A DNA stretch of 64,000 nt from a virus: positions 128,001 through 192,000 of IMG/VR virus record IMGVR_UViG_3300045988_147927. One strand, given 5' to 3'. Every line of letters begins with the position of its first letter. Position 1 is the first letter of the stretch. The position numbers were made by a program, and so were the translations under genes. The notes beneath the pieces are model-generated. The model was not told where the DNA came from. It saw only the letters and a program-made list of their open reading frames with translations, and did no database searches. Below, piece by piece: positions 28,020-38,596 of the stretch.

Positions 28020-29855
28020 ATGGGTTTATCAAATAAGATTAGAGATAGAAAGAAAAGAGTTATTAATTTTATTAATTCTTTGTCTGATAGGTATGTAGAA
28101 TCTTTGGGTGGATATACGCCTTCTATTAATGAGGGTAGCGATAATAAGATTGTCGATTTAGATGCTGTTCAGAGCATTATTGATGAAAATAGTTTTGAAA
28201 AGATAACTTTTGGTAAGGATATGGTGAATCCTTATGATAGTAAGGCAGAAGTTAGGATTTTCTTTATGACAAATAAGAATAAAACTATTGATGATACGAT
28301 GCCTAATACTTATAGGATAGCAATAGAAGAGGTACATGATAGGTATAGTGATGAGATAAGTTATGAGGTTAAATATGGTTTTATTGGAAGGACTAAAGTA
28401 ACAGATTTTAATGAATCACCTTTAAAATATAATACAAAAGATGCAACAATGACTTTTGATATTTTGGCAAGTAAGTGTGATAGTGATGTTATATATGATT
28501 CCTTAGTAGGTGTTGTAAAAGAAAACTTGCATAATTTTGATATTATGGCATATAGTATGTTTACAAGTAATGACTTAAAACATCTGAGAAGTAGAGCAGT
28601 TTCTACTTTGGCTGTTGGTCTACATAAAAGGACAGGTAAATTCATTTATTATTTTAACCCTGATTTTATTTTGAGGGAGGCATTAGAGGAATACTGTAAT
28701 AATGGTGATATGTATAGGTCATTAAAGGATTGTTATGTTTATCTTTTAACTTTCTTTATTGCACATGAGATGGCACATCTAGTTACTAATAATAGTACAC
28801 ATAGTATTAAGAATAGCTTTGTTGATTTAGATGACACATATGCTAGTGGTGGTGTTGATAATGTTGTAATGGATGGGTTTATTAATGCTAAGTTAAAGAT
28901 AGTGTTATCAAGATTGCCTAACATTTCAAATAAGGCTAAAGGTATTGGTGGTGTTTTTCCTAGTAATTGCATTACAGATATTATTCATTTGAGGGCACAG
29001 CATAATGTGGGGCTAAAAAGTTTTAAATCATTCGATGAGATGACAGAAGTTGTTATAGCATCTATAGATAATGTATCTAAATTGTTTGGTGAAGAGACAG
29101 AAGTAAAATTTTATAATGAGACTAGGAAAGATAGTATTAGTCCTTATGTTGGTGCTGATATATTTTGCAATATTTACATAAATGGTTCTTTTAAGAAGTT
29201 GAGGAGTAGTTCTCATATCTTTCAAAAAGTAATAAATGATATTATTAGGTCAATCACCGATGGGAAAATCTATTGGTCTAAAAATGGTGGTATTACTGAT
29301 GAAGAAAAAGTTTCTGATAAAGAGATTTTAAAAGATGGTACTTTAGTTAAGGTTAAAGGAACATCTGTTGTTGGTATTGTTAAATCTCATAGAGAGATAC
29401 CTAAAGGAAAGTATATTGTACAAGAAGTGTATAGTGTAAATTACACTAAAATAGATAAAGTAGATGATACTGATTTGGGAGATGGTAAGATTCTACATAC
29501 ACCAATATATGTTGATAGTGGTAATTTTTATGCTGAGTTAGATAGGAAATATATATTACCTATAGAATCTTCTTATGGTTCTTGGATAGAAGATACGAAT
29601 AAGAGTGATAAAACAGAGTTATCTGAGGAAGATTTAGCTGATAATGATGGTAGTGGTATGGGTGAGATGGATGGTTCCAGTAGTGATAGTGGTTCTAGTG
29701 GAAATTCACCTAAATCAATTAGTGTTGGTGATATTGTGTGGGTTGCTAAGAAAAAAAGGTTCGGAATTGTAACATCTATTGTTAATGGTGTGTTCCATGT
29801 AGAGGATGTTAGGGAAGAGCCTTGTGTTGTTTTAGATGATTCTGATAATCATTAA
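28020..29855 (+). CDS. putative zinc metallopeptidase (HExxH) with C-terminal SH3/Tudor-like repeats
   Basis: FFIAHEMAHLV; two short beta-rich segments (LVKVKGTSVVGIV, VGDIVWVAKKKRFGIV); acidic Ser/Gly linker. Confidence 0.5.
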   Translation: MGLSNKIRDRKKRVINFINSLSDRYVESLGGYTPSINEGSDNKIVDLDAVQSIIDENSFEKITFGKDMVNPYDSKAEVRIFFMTNKNKTIDDTMPNTYRIAIEEVHDRYSDEISYEVKYGFIGRTKVTDFNESPLKYNTKDATMTFDILASKCDSDVIYDSLVGVVKENLHNFDIMAYSMFTSNDLKHLRSRAVSTLAVGLHKRTGKFIYYFNPDFILREALEEYCNNGDMYRSLKDCYVYLLTFFIAHEMAHLVTNNSTHSIKNSFVDLDDTYASGGVDNVVMDGFINAKLKIVLSRLPNISNKAKGIGGVFPSNCITDIIHLRAQHNVGLKSFKSFDEMTEVVIASIDNVSKLFGEETEVKFYNETRKDSISPYVGADIFCNIYINGSFKKLRSSSHIFQKVINDIIRSITDGKIYWSKNGGITDEEKVSDKEILKDGTLVKVKGTSVVGIVKSHREIPKGKYIVQEVYSVNYTKIDKVDDTDLGDGKILHTPIYVDSGNFYAELDRKYILPIESSYGSWIEDTNKSDKTELSEEDLADNDGSGMGEMDGSSSDSGSSGNSPKSISVGDIVWVAKKKRFGIVTSIVNGVFHVEDVREEPCVVLDDSDNH

Positions 29856-29867
29856 GGTAGGTGTAAT

Positions 29868-31481
29868 ATGGCTAAAAAACAATTAAAAAAGAGAATATTT
29901 GTACCTACAGGTAATGATTTAGGTAATTTTAATGTTTTTGATTTGCAGCCTGTAGAGTTGACATTTGTAGATTCAGATGAAGGAAATAAAGAGAGCAATT
30001 CTAAAGGTGCTGGTGGTGGTTCTTCTGTACCTGACCCTGTAGATAATAATCCGTTAAGTAAAAGTTCTAGTAAAGACTCTAGTGGTGATGGCTCAAAAGA
30101 TAATAATCCATATAGTAATGGATATGATGAAGATAATAACGGTGATGAGTTTGATAAATCTGAGAGAGATTTAAACAATGATTTATATGGCGATGATTTA
30201 GACAAGGATGAGGCTGAAAAATCTCAGCAAAATAATCAAGATGGTGATGGAGAGGGTTCATCTGGTGGTGAGAGTGGCTCTTCCAGTGCAGGTGGTATGG
30301 GTAGTAATGGTGAGAATGACTTCTCACCACCTAATTATGACAGTAGCATGGCAAATGGTGAGGGTGATGATTCATCAGAAAATAAGTCAGAGATGGAAAG
30401 TGCCTTAGATAATGAGGAAGAGAATAAGTCAGATATATCAAAAGAGAGGTCTAATGAGGTAGATAATCAAAACTCTCAAAACTCTCAAAACTCTCAAAAC
30501 TCTCAAAACTCTCAAAACTCTCAAAACTCACAGAATGGGGATAATTCTCAAAATGGAGATAACTCACAAAATGGTGAAAACTCTCAAAATGGAGATAGCT
30601 CACAAAATGGTGATAGTTCTCAAAATAAGCTAACTGATAGTGATGAATTTCAGAAGGCACATGAGACTAAGAACAATGATTTTGATGATACTAAAGGTAA
30701 AGAGATTGCTGATAAGATGGTAAGAGATGCCGCTAAAAAAGTTCAAGAGGAATTAGATAAGGATGAGACATTAGCAAATACTAATAGTGATTCTTTAGAT
30801 AATTATAAAGACTTCGGTGCTGGTGCTATGACTACTCTATTTAAGAGTACAGGTATGGTAGCTGATTGGAAAGTCAAATTAAATAAATTATTTAGGATGG
30901 CTTTAGGTCAGAGGGTGTTTATGAATCCTGATATGATTAATAAGCGTATTGAAGATGCACCTCCAGGGAGAGAAGATATTGAGTCAACAATGATTAAAGT
31001 TGGTATATTACTAGACTGTTCATCATCTATGGGTGGTTCTGCTTTCAAAAAGGTTATCACGCAGATGGATGCTATGATACGTGCTGATAAGGGTATGAAA
31101 AAAGTACAGTTTTATATTATGCCATTTTCAGAATGGTCTGTAGAAGAGAGCATTAAACTTATGAAGAGGTGTAAAGGTACACAATTAAAGCAGACTTTAT
31201 TGACTTTTGGGCCAAAAGGTTCTACTTATATAACAAATGCTGTTGAGGCATTGATGAGGAAGATTAAGAATCCTGATACTGTTATTGTTATGTCAGACTG
31301 TGAAATATGGGATGATGATGCTTTTGCTAGAAATTCATATTGTAAAAAGTTGGTTACTAAATTCAGAAAACGCTTAATATGGGTTATGCCTAGTAAGAGT
31401 GGCCTAGGTTATATGGCTAAATTCGATAAATTCGCTAAAAAAGAAGATAGGTATTTAGTCTTTAAAGGTGACGGGGATTAA
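29868..31481 (+). CDS. VWA-domain protein with long acidic low-complexity N-terminal half (CobT-like architecture)
   Basis: MIDAS GILLDCSSSMGG; later VIVMSDCE; preceding D/E/S/N/G-rich region. Confidence 0.7.
   Translation: MAKKQLKKRIFVPTGNDLGNFNVFDLQPVELTFVDSDEGNKESNSKGAGGGSSVPDPVDNNPLSKSSSKDSSGDGSKDNNPYSNGYDEDNNGDEFDKSERDLNNDLYGDDLDKDEAEKSQQNNQDGDGEGSSGGESGSSSAGGMGSNGENDFSPPNYDSSMANGEGDDSSENKSEMESALDNEEENKSDISKERSNEVDNQNSQNSQNSQNSQNSQNSQNSQNGDNSQNGDNSQNGENSQNGDSSQNGDSSQNKLTDSDEFQKAHETKNNDFDDTKGKEIADKMVRDAAKKVQEELDKDETLANTNSDSLDNYKDFGAGAMTTLFKSTGMVADWKVKLNKLFRMALGQRVFMNPDMINKRIEDAPPGREDIESTMIKVGILLDCSSSMGGSAFKKVITQMDAMIRADKGMKKVQFYIMPFSEWSVEESIKLMKRCKGTQLKQTLLTFGPKGSTYITNAVEALMRKIKNPDTVIVMSDCEIWDDDAFARNSYCKKLVTKFRKRLIWVMPSKSGLGYMAKFDKFAKKEDRYLVFKGDGD
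30468..30624 (+). repeat. in-frame tandem repeats (9-nt x6, then 18-nt x5)
   Basis: caaaactct x6 encoding NSQ repeats, then caaaatgg(a/t)ga(t/a)a(a/g)(c/t)tc(a/t)-type units encoding NGDNSQ variants. Confidence 0.9.
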
Positions 31482-31520
31482 AAATCACATTACCTGTATG
31501 TGTTACTTATATATTAAATT

Positions 31521-31554
31521 GTACTAAGTGTGGTGTTAGTGTTGCACTTAGTAC
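31521..31554. other. 10-bp perfect hairpin without a U-tract
   Basis: gtactaagtg - 14 nt - cacttagtac. Either a terminator for the VWA gene or a subterminal hairpin of the tnpB element. Confidence 0.4.
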
Positions 31555-31730
31555 AAACATATTAATTTTAAATATTAATTTAATATATAGTTTTAGTAAT
31601 AACTCATCAACAGTTTGTAATATTATTTATAATAATATAGATATTTGTTGTAGTTAATGTTTTATTATTAAAAAGCCAAAATATTGATTTTGATTGAAAG
31701 AACATCTTCTTAAAAGTTTCTTAGTTATAA

Positions 31731-31759
31731 TTGATATTTATACACTTCTTTGGTATTAT
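31731..31759 (+). promoter_or_regulatory. sigma70-like promoter candidate for tnpB-2
   Basis: TTGATA - 17 nt - TATTAT. Confidence 0.4.
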
Positions 31760-31810
31760 AATAGATAATTAATGCTATCTATTAGTAGTATGGAAAAGAG
31801 GTGAGATATC

Positions 31811-32908
31811 TTGAATAAAAGTTTTAAAGTTAGGATTTATCCTACAAAAGAGCAATGTGTTCTTTTAGAAAAGACCTTTGGTGCAAACAGGTTTGTTTAT
31901 AATTACTTTCTCAACTTAAAAAGTAAGTTGTATGAGTTTTATAAAATAAATCTTAGTTACAACAATTCTTCTAAAGTGCTAACAGAATTAAAGAAAACTA
32001 AAACTTGGCTTAAAGAGGTTGATAGTAAATCTTTAATTCAAACACTTAGGGATTTAGATAGAGCATATCAAAACTTTTTTAGTGGTAGAGGTAAATACCC
32101 TAATTTTAAAAAGAAACAAGATAAAAACTCTTATCGTACTAATCAAAGCATTAAATTAGTCAATTCTTTTATTTCTATTCCAAAGGTAGGTCTACTTAGA
32201 TATAAAGATAAGTGTAAATTTGATGATAAACATATTCTTAAAATTTATAATGTAACAATATCTAAGACATCTAGTGGAAAATATTATGCTAGTATATCAG
32301 CTGAGGTCTATATACCTAATTTTGAGAAAACCAATCAAAGTTGTGGTATAGACTTAGGTTTAAAAGATTTTGCAATTTTAGATACTGGTGAAAAGATAAA
32401 GAATCCTAGAATATTAAAGCATCTTGAAGTTAAGTATAGAAAATTAGCTAAAGCTGTTTCAAGAAAAGTTAAAGGTTCAGCTAATTATCAAAAAGCTAAG
32501 TTAAAGTTAGCAAGGTTTCATGAGAAAGTTACGAATATTCGTAAAGATTTTCTTCATAAATTATCTACTAACTTAGTAAAAACTTATGATATTATTTGTG
32601 TTGAGACTCTTAAAGTTAAAAATATGATGAAAAATCATACATTAGCAAAATCATTTCAAGATGTAGCACATTCTGAGTTTATAAGACAGTTAGAATATAA
32701 AGCTAAGTGGTATGGTAAAACTATCTCTAAAATAGATAGATTTTATCCATCAAGTCAGGTATGTTCTAATTGTGGATATAAAAACAAAGATGTTAAAAAT
32801 CTTAGTATTCGTGAGTGGATTTGTCCAGAGTGTGGGGTTCATCATGATAGAGATATCAATGCATCAATTAATATTTTGAATGAGGGATTACGACTTATAG
32901 AAGTGTAA
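31811..32908 (+). CDS. tnpB: TnpB-like RNA-guided nuclease (IS200/IS605 OrfB family)
   Basis: TTG start after aaagaggtgag. [11 protein letters not shown]-terminus. RuvC residues in [25 protein letters not shown]. Zn ribbon CSNCGY...CPECGV. Confidence 0.85.
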   Translation: MNKSFKVRIYPTKEQCVLLEKTFGANRFVYNYFLNLKSKLYEFYKINLSYNNSSKVLTELKKTKTWLKEVDSKSLIQTLRDLDRAYQNFFSGRGKYPNFKKKQDKNSYRTNQSIKLVNSFISIPKVGLLRYKDKCKFDDKHILKIYNVTISKTSSGKYYASISAEVYIPNFEKTNQSCGIDLGLKDFAILDTGEKIKNPRILKHLEVKYRKLAKAVSRKVKGSANYQKAKLKLARFHEKVTNIRKDFLHKLSTNLVKTYDIICVETLKVKNMMKNHTLAKSFQDVAHSEFIRQLEYKAKWYGKTISKIDRFYPSSQVCSNCGYKNKDVKNLSIREWICPECGVHHDRDINASINILNEGLRLIEV

Positions 32909-33033
32909 ATATATAATTATAACCGTGGGACACATGGGGATAGCCTATTGTCTGGTTGTAAGACTCTTTTAACATAGTATTAAAAGAGCGAACCGTTGGG
33001 TAGGAACTTCAATGACTTATAAGTCATGAGAGG
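32909..33033 (+). ncRNA. candidate omega-RNA scaffold / right end of the tnpB element
   Basis: Hairpin ctctttta..taaaagag (32964-32988) and 16-nt perfect palindrome atgacttataagtcat (33012-33027), directly abutting the next gene. Confidence 0.4.
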
Positions 33034-34860
33034 ATGTCAGAGGGGATAGATATTTATATTATGGGTAATTTAGAGAAACAATACTTATCAGATACGAGTG
33101 TTTTTGATAGGTCGCTGTATGAGAGTTATGAGCCTGATACAAAATTTGATGGTTCAAATAATGCAGTGTTGCGTATTATCCGAGGACCATTAGCAGAGTG
33201 GGATAAGTTAAATCGTAATGGTAGGTTATATTCTGAGAAGTTGTGGGATAGGGTGTTAGAAACACCGTATGTTAAAGAACAGCTCATGTATAATACACTT
33301 TTTGGTGAGGCTAATCACCCAGTAGATAGAATGGAAGTAGATTTTGAGAGGGTTTCTCATAGAATTGCTAAGATGTGGAAAGTGCCACAATCAAATCAAA
33401 TTTATGGTGAGATTCATATCTTGGATACTCCTTTTGGTCGGATTATCAATACATTGTATGAAGCTGGTGGTGTTATTGGATATTCATCAAGGGCTGGTGG
33501 TGCTTTACATCAACGTAAGGATTATATTGAAGTAGATGAAAATCAATATAATTTTGTTACATTTGATGCTGTTCCATTCCCGTCTGTACAATCTGCTAGA
33601 CCTAGTGATTTTGTAACAGAGGGTGCTGAAATTCAAAAACACGCTTTAACAAAAGATGTTCATAATGCTCTTTTTAAGATTATTAAAGAGTGTGATGAAA
33701 AAGACTTTAATAATATTAAGTCTTTTATAAATAGCATTGAGGGTTATGATTTAACACCTGAAAAGTTATTACTTGAAAGTGTTGAAAATATAACTTTTAA
33801 TAATGGTGATGAAGAAGTTATTGTCCGAGACACTATTGAGGACAATAAGGAAGAATCGCTTGTAGATACTTTACAAAGTACTTTACAGTCAGTTAAGGCT
33901 CAAAAACAATCTTTAGAGAAAGAGAATAGAGGTTTAAAAGATAGCTTAAATAATGCTTTAAATAAAATCTCAACTGTTCTACAGGATGCTAAAGATAAAG
34001 AGGTTGCAACACAAGATGAGATTTCAAATCTAAAAGACACTATTGCAAGAAAAGAAGTTAAAATCAATGAGTTGCAAGAAGAGATTGATATGTTACAAGA
34101 TGAGCTTGATGGTTTACAAACTGTCGAGGAGGCTTGTAAGGCTTTGAAGTATCAAAACTCTACTTTACTTAAAGAGGGTGTAGAGGATAACAATAGGGAA
34201 TTAGAATCGAAGTTATCTGTTAAAGAGGAAGAAAACAAATCTTTGTTGAAAGATAATAAAAATCTTTCAAAAGAAAAAGAAGAGTTACATTCTGAATTAA
34301 AAGAGGCTTATGGTGAGATTGCTGATACTGTTAAAGATATTAATAGTAAGGATGCTATTATTAAGGCACAACAAGATACTATTAATTCTTTAAAGAGTGA
34401 TGTTAAGTCTACACAAGAAGAATTAGATAAGGTAGATGAAGATTATCAAAGTGCTTTAGATAGACGTGATAATCAAATTGAGCAGTATGAGGAAAGAATT
34501 AAAGAGTTAGAAGATAAGATTAGGGAATTGAGTTCAGAGGTAGAAGATATCGATGAGTCATATTCAAAATCAAAATCATACACTAAATCTTTAAAAAATG
34601 ACTTAATTTCAGTTATTGCTGGTAATTATGGTTTAACAAATGAAAGTGTTAAAGCTAAGTTACCTGTAGGGTTTGGTAAGTCAGAAATTTATACTGTGTG
34701 TGAATCGATGAGTCGCAATAGTAGTAAAAATTTAATAAGCAATTCTATTGTAGATACTCAAATTGTTAATGAATCAACTAAAAACAGGGTTACTGATATT
34801 CATTCTAACAATAGGGGTAGTAGATTAAGTGAAATAATCTCTACAAATAGAAGAGGTTAG
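33034..34860 (+). CDS. prohead protease (T4 gp21/U9-like) fused to a coiled-coil scaffolding region
   Basis: LNRNGRLYSEKLW and LFGEANHP resemble gp21 motifs. About 300 aa of heptad-rich E/K/L sequence follows. Start is ambiguous (33034 or 33061). Confidence 0.6.
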   Translation: MSEGIDIYIMGNLEKQYLSDTSVFDRSLYESYEPDTKFDGSNNAVLRIIRGPLAEWDKLNRNGRLYSEKLWDRVLETPYVKEQLMYNTLFGEANHPVDRMEVDFERVSHRIAKMWKVPQSNQIYGEIHILDTPFGRIINTLYEAGGVIGYSSRAGGALHQRKDYIEVDENQYNFVTFDAVPFPSVQSARPSDFVTEGAEIQKHALTKDVHNALFKIIKECDEKDFNNIKSFINSIEGYDLTPEKLLLESVENITFNNGDEEVIVRDTIEDNKEESLVDTLQSTLQSVKAQKQSLEKENRGLKDSLNNALNKISTVLQDAKDKEVATQDEISNLKDTIARKEVKINELQEEIDMLQDELDGLQTVEEACKALKYQNSTLLKEGVEDNNRELESKLSVKEEENKSLLKDNKNLSKEKEELHSELKEAYGEIADTVKDINSKDAIIKAQQDTINSLKSDVKSTQEELDKVDEDYQSALDRRDNQIEQYEERIKELEDKIRELSSEVEDIDESYSKSKSYTKSLKNDLISVIAGNYGLTNESVKAKLPVGFGKSEIYTVCESMSRNSSKNLISNSIVDTQIVNESTKNRVTDIHSNNRGSRLSEIISTNRRG

Positions 34861-34926
34861 AGTGATATATTAGTTTTTAGTTGATAGTCTATATGTTAAA
34901 TAAAAATTTTATGGGGAAAGTTATTA

Positions 34927-35724
34927 ATGAAAACTAATATTTACGAACAATATCGTCCATTATTGGAATCTTGGAAAGGTTATACTGATGTTGTAAAACA
35001 GCACGTAGATGGCTATTCTGATGTAGAAGCTACACAACTATCTATGTTGCTTGAAAATACTAAATCTGAATTGGAAATGACAAAAGGTCGCATGATGAAT
35101 GGTACAGCTATTCATGAAGGCACTGATATTTCTATGGTTAATACATTTACATCTAATGTATTTGATATTATCACAGCTGTCATGCCAAATTTGATTGCGA
35201 ATGATATCGTCAGTGTTCAACCTCTTGACCGTAGGAATGGACAAGTATTCTTCTTGAAATTCACTTATGGTAATAATAAAGGTGCTATTAAAGCTGGTAC
35301 TGATATGATTTCTTCTCAACGTGGTTTCGTTGGTGGTGATTATAGTGGTGAACACGTAAGTGGTGAATCATTGACAATCACTTCTAATGCAGTATCTCAA
35401 AAAGTATTGCATACTCCAATTAAACCTGGTACATTCCGTTTGACTTCACCTGATAAAATCGGCGATGAATTATTGGATGTTCCTAATGCAGATGGTATCA
35501 CAGGTACTATTACAGATACTGCACCTACTGGTTTGGGTGCTGGTACTGTAAACTATGTTACTGGTGAAATTACATTGACTGGTGTAACAGTTGCACATCT
35601 AGAAGCTGATTTTGACTATGACCAAAATAGTTTCGATGCTCCTGTAGACCAAGTTGATGTACGTGTGGTTTCTGAGCCTGTAGTTGCTCGTCCACGTAAA
35701 TTAAAATCCGTATATATGTTCGAT
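34927..35724 (+). CDS. major capsid protein, exon 1
   Basis: Follows the protease-scaffold gene. The exon end cgaT can pair with gtcg 36 nt into the intron (G.U at the splice site). Confidence 0.7.
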
Positions 35725-36921
35725 AAAACTTGTGCATAATAGTTTTCATTTATGCAATGTCGCCTTATCATAGAAATATGGTGAGTGATAACTCTACGAA
35801 TTGCTGGAAGTTCCTAAAGTATAACACACTACAACGTAACTCGAAAGGGTAAGCGTGAAAGTTGCGAAAGCAGAAAAAAGTTGTTATAATACCCTATGAT
35901 GAAATAAAAGGTATTTTAGTATTATACTAAAATATTTCTAAGGGGGATAATAAGAATGGATAATCAGCAGTCAGTGGTTACATATATTGAATGTCCTTAT
36001 TGTGGTAAGAAATTAAAATTTTTAAATGCAACTCATCTTAAACGTCATGGCAAAACAGTTAGTGATGTTAAATCAGAGTTTCCAAATCAATCTTTAGCCT
36101 CTCAGTCTTATAGAGATAGGCAGAGAGAAGATACAAGAGATAGGTGGGAAGAGGAAGGTTATAGAGATAGAGTTTCTGCTACATTAAAAATTACACAAAA
36201 TAGGGAAGATATAAAAGAGAAAATAGCTAATGGGAATAGAGTTAAATGGTCTAATGAAGATTATAAAAGGAGGGTATCTAAGAAGATAAGAGATACTCAA
36301 AATAGACCAGATAAGAAATTACATATGTCTAAGTTATCTTCAATGGCTTTAACAGATGGAACTATAGGTGATATATGGAAGCATGTTACTTATGGTGATA
36401 AAGTGTTGTGTTTGAGGAGTTCATTAGAGTTAAAGACTTTTAATTACTTAGTTGAATTAAATATTCCTTTTGAGTATGAAAGTATTAGATATGAGTATAA
36501 GATTGATGGTTTTAGTTTATTTCATGTAATTGATTTTTATTTATCTCAATATAATTTAATTATAGAGGTTAAACCTAAGTATAAATTTAAAGAAGGGTTT
36601 ATTAAAAATCACAATGAAGAGTATCGAAAAATCATCGCAAAACGTGATGGTGGTATTGCTCTCGGGTATAACTATATTTTCATAACAGAGGATAATTTAG
36701 ACAGTAAAGACTCTTTTTATAAAGCTATTAGTAAGTATATGTAGTCAAAGATTCAACGACTAACCCAGACATGGGTGTAGGTTATTATGAAAGATAGCCG
36801 AAGTGTAGAGTACCTAAGTTACAATAGGTAATATGGTAAAGATATAGTCTGTTCTCATGTGAAAGCATGAGTTTTGAATTGTTAAACTTTCATTAAATAC
36901 AATTCAATTTGATACAATTAG
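35725..36921 (+). mobile_element. group I intron 1 with endonuclease ORF
   Basis: Blocks aattgctggaag, cctaaag, actacaacgtaa, gggtaagcgtgaaagttgcgaaagcagaaaa, gatgaaataaaag, then ORF, then attcaacgacta, gatatagtct + gtgaaagcatgag hairpin. Ends in G. Confidence 0.75.
35956..36744 (+). CDS. intron-encoded PD-(D/E)XK-type homing endonuclease with N-terminal Zn-finger
   Basis: RBS aggggga. CPYCGKKLKFLNATHLKRHG. C-terminal core ...VIDFYL...LIIEVKPK. Confidence 0.6.
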   Translation: MDNQQSVVTYIECPYCGKKLKFLNATHLKRHGKTVSDVKSEFPNQSLASQSYRDRQREDTRDRWEEEGYRDRVSATLKITQNREDIKEKIANGNRVKWSNEDYKRRVSKKIRDTQNRPDKKLHMSKLSSMALTDGTIGDIWKHVTYGDKVLCLRSSLELKTFNYLVELNIPFEYESIRYEYKIDGFSLFHVIDFYLSQYNLIIEVKPKYKFKEGFIKNHNEEYRKIIAKRDGGIALGYNYIFITEDNLDSKDSFYKAISKYM

Positions 36922-37019
36922 GTTGCATACGATTTAAAAATGTCATTCGGCTTAGATATGGATACAGTTATCCTAAAAGCTACGAGTGGTGAAATTGGTT
37001 ACGAAATTGACAATGAGAT
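36922..37019 (+). CDS. major capsid protein, exon 2 (33 codons)
   Basis: VAYDLKMSFGLDMDTVILKATSGEIGYEIDNE-. The exon end gagaT pairs with gtctc in the intron. Confidence 0.6.
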
Positions 37020-38202
37020 TAACGTAGATAATGCTATTATGTTGTTAGTAGCTTAAATAATACATAGTCTCCGTACATAGTGATATGTGCGAAAAATAAT
37101 CTATTTAATTGCTGGAAAGTCCTAAAGCTAACTAAACTACAACGTAATCATGAAATATGGGTAAGCGTGAGAGTTGCTAAAGCAGAAAAAATTAGTTAGA
37201 TGACATAAGGTGAAATAAAAGCTATAATATGATATAATTATAGTCCTAAGTGTTGTAATAATGGATAATCAGCCGCTAAGTCCTTAATAGGGAAAAGTTC
37301 AACGACTATCCGAAAGCAACAAAAGTTGTGAGTAGATAATGAGAATTATCAAAAGGAGTACGGCTCTAGTGAGTGGGTGAGAATCCCTTAAATGGAAATG
37401 GTAGATGTGTACAAAGGATGGTTTAAAATTACATATAGAATGTCCTATATGTCATAAGAAGTATAAGATGATATCAAATAATCATCTTGTTAAAAAACAT
37501 AATATTACATTAGAAGAGTTTAGAGATATCTATAAAGGTTATCCTACAGAGAGTGAGTATTTACAAAAGGTTAGAGTGGATGTTGGATTAGCAATAGGCT
37601 CTAAAGAGAGTGTTAAGTCTTTTAGAAGTGCTAAAGCTAAGAGACAGCATGAGAGTGGAAATCTCAATCCGTCTAAAACACTTAATTATTTGTGGGAAAA
37701 TAAAAAAAGATTGGATGCGTGAAAGACAGCATATAGGTAATAGTACTGAAGCTGAGTTTAAACGTAAATCAGAAGTTTCTAGACGTTTATGGTCTTGTCC
37801 TGAGTGGGTTAATTCTCGTAGGGATAGGAATGTGAGATGTGAATTAAATGGTTATGTTTTATATGTTAGAAGTTCTTATGAAAAGGTAGCTTGCCAGTTC
37901 TTAGATTCTTTGGGTGTTAAATTTGAGTATGAAACAAAAGTATTCAAATATTACTATGATGGAAGATTTAGAAATTATATTGTTGATTTATATCTTCCTT
38001 TACATGATGTTTATTTAGAGGTAAAACCTAAAGACCTAGAATCAGATGATAAAAATAAAGCTAAAATACAGTCTGTAATTGATAGTGGTAATATAATTAC
38101 TTATGTTGATGAGGATTGGATATGTTCTATAGATGATTTTAAACATCATTTGAGTAAGTACATAAAGATATAGTCTGCTCTATGGTGAAAGTCATAGAAG
38201 GG
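37020..38202 (+). mobile_element. group I intron 2 with frameshifted endonuclease ORF
   Basis: Same conserved blocks as intron 1, but the ORF sits after the gttcaacgacta block. Ends ...agaagG. Confidence 0.7.
37405..38173 (+). pseudogene. PD-(D/E)XK-type homing endonuclease, split by a frameshift in an A7 run
   Basis: ORFs 37405-37722 and 37610-38173 together parallel the intron-1 enzyme (CPICHKKYKMISNNHLVKKH ... VDLYL...YLEVKPK). The frames switch at aaaaaaa, 37702-37708. Confidence 0.6.
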
Positions 38203-38596
38203 TATAATGGAAACGATTATACTCGTAACAAAAGGTATGCAAGACCTTTTAAAAATTGCTGGTAGCCAATCTACTTGGAATAAACTTCCTGAGTATAAAG
38301 GTCAAGACGTTAAAACACATGAAGCTACATTGTTTAATGCTATCAATGATGCGTCCAATACAATTCTTGGTAACACTAAACGCTATGAAGCTACATTTAT
38401 TATCTGTGGTAAAAATGCCGCTACATACATTGAATCCTTGAACACAAATATCGGTCAAGTACGTGAAATCTTCAAACGTGTGTCTACAAATGGTATCGTT
38501 GGTGGTCCACACTTGGTAGGTATCTTGGATGAAAAATATAAAGTATATAAAAATCCATACTACCCTGATAATGAAATCTTGGTAGGTGCTAAGGGT
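38203..38596 (+). CDS. major capsid protein, exon 3
   Basis: Corresponds to track ORF 38207-38617. The exon end gggT pairs with gccc in intron 3. Confidence 0.65.

Noticed and set aside
30208-30408. Alternative-frame + ORFs inside low-complexity coding regions (30208-30408, 46494-46697, 33344-33535, 38256-38441)
   Set aside because: They are embedded in longer ORFs with clear domain support, and repeat-driven open frames are expected in low-complexity DNA.
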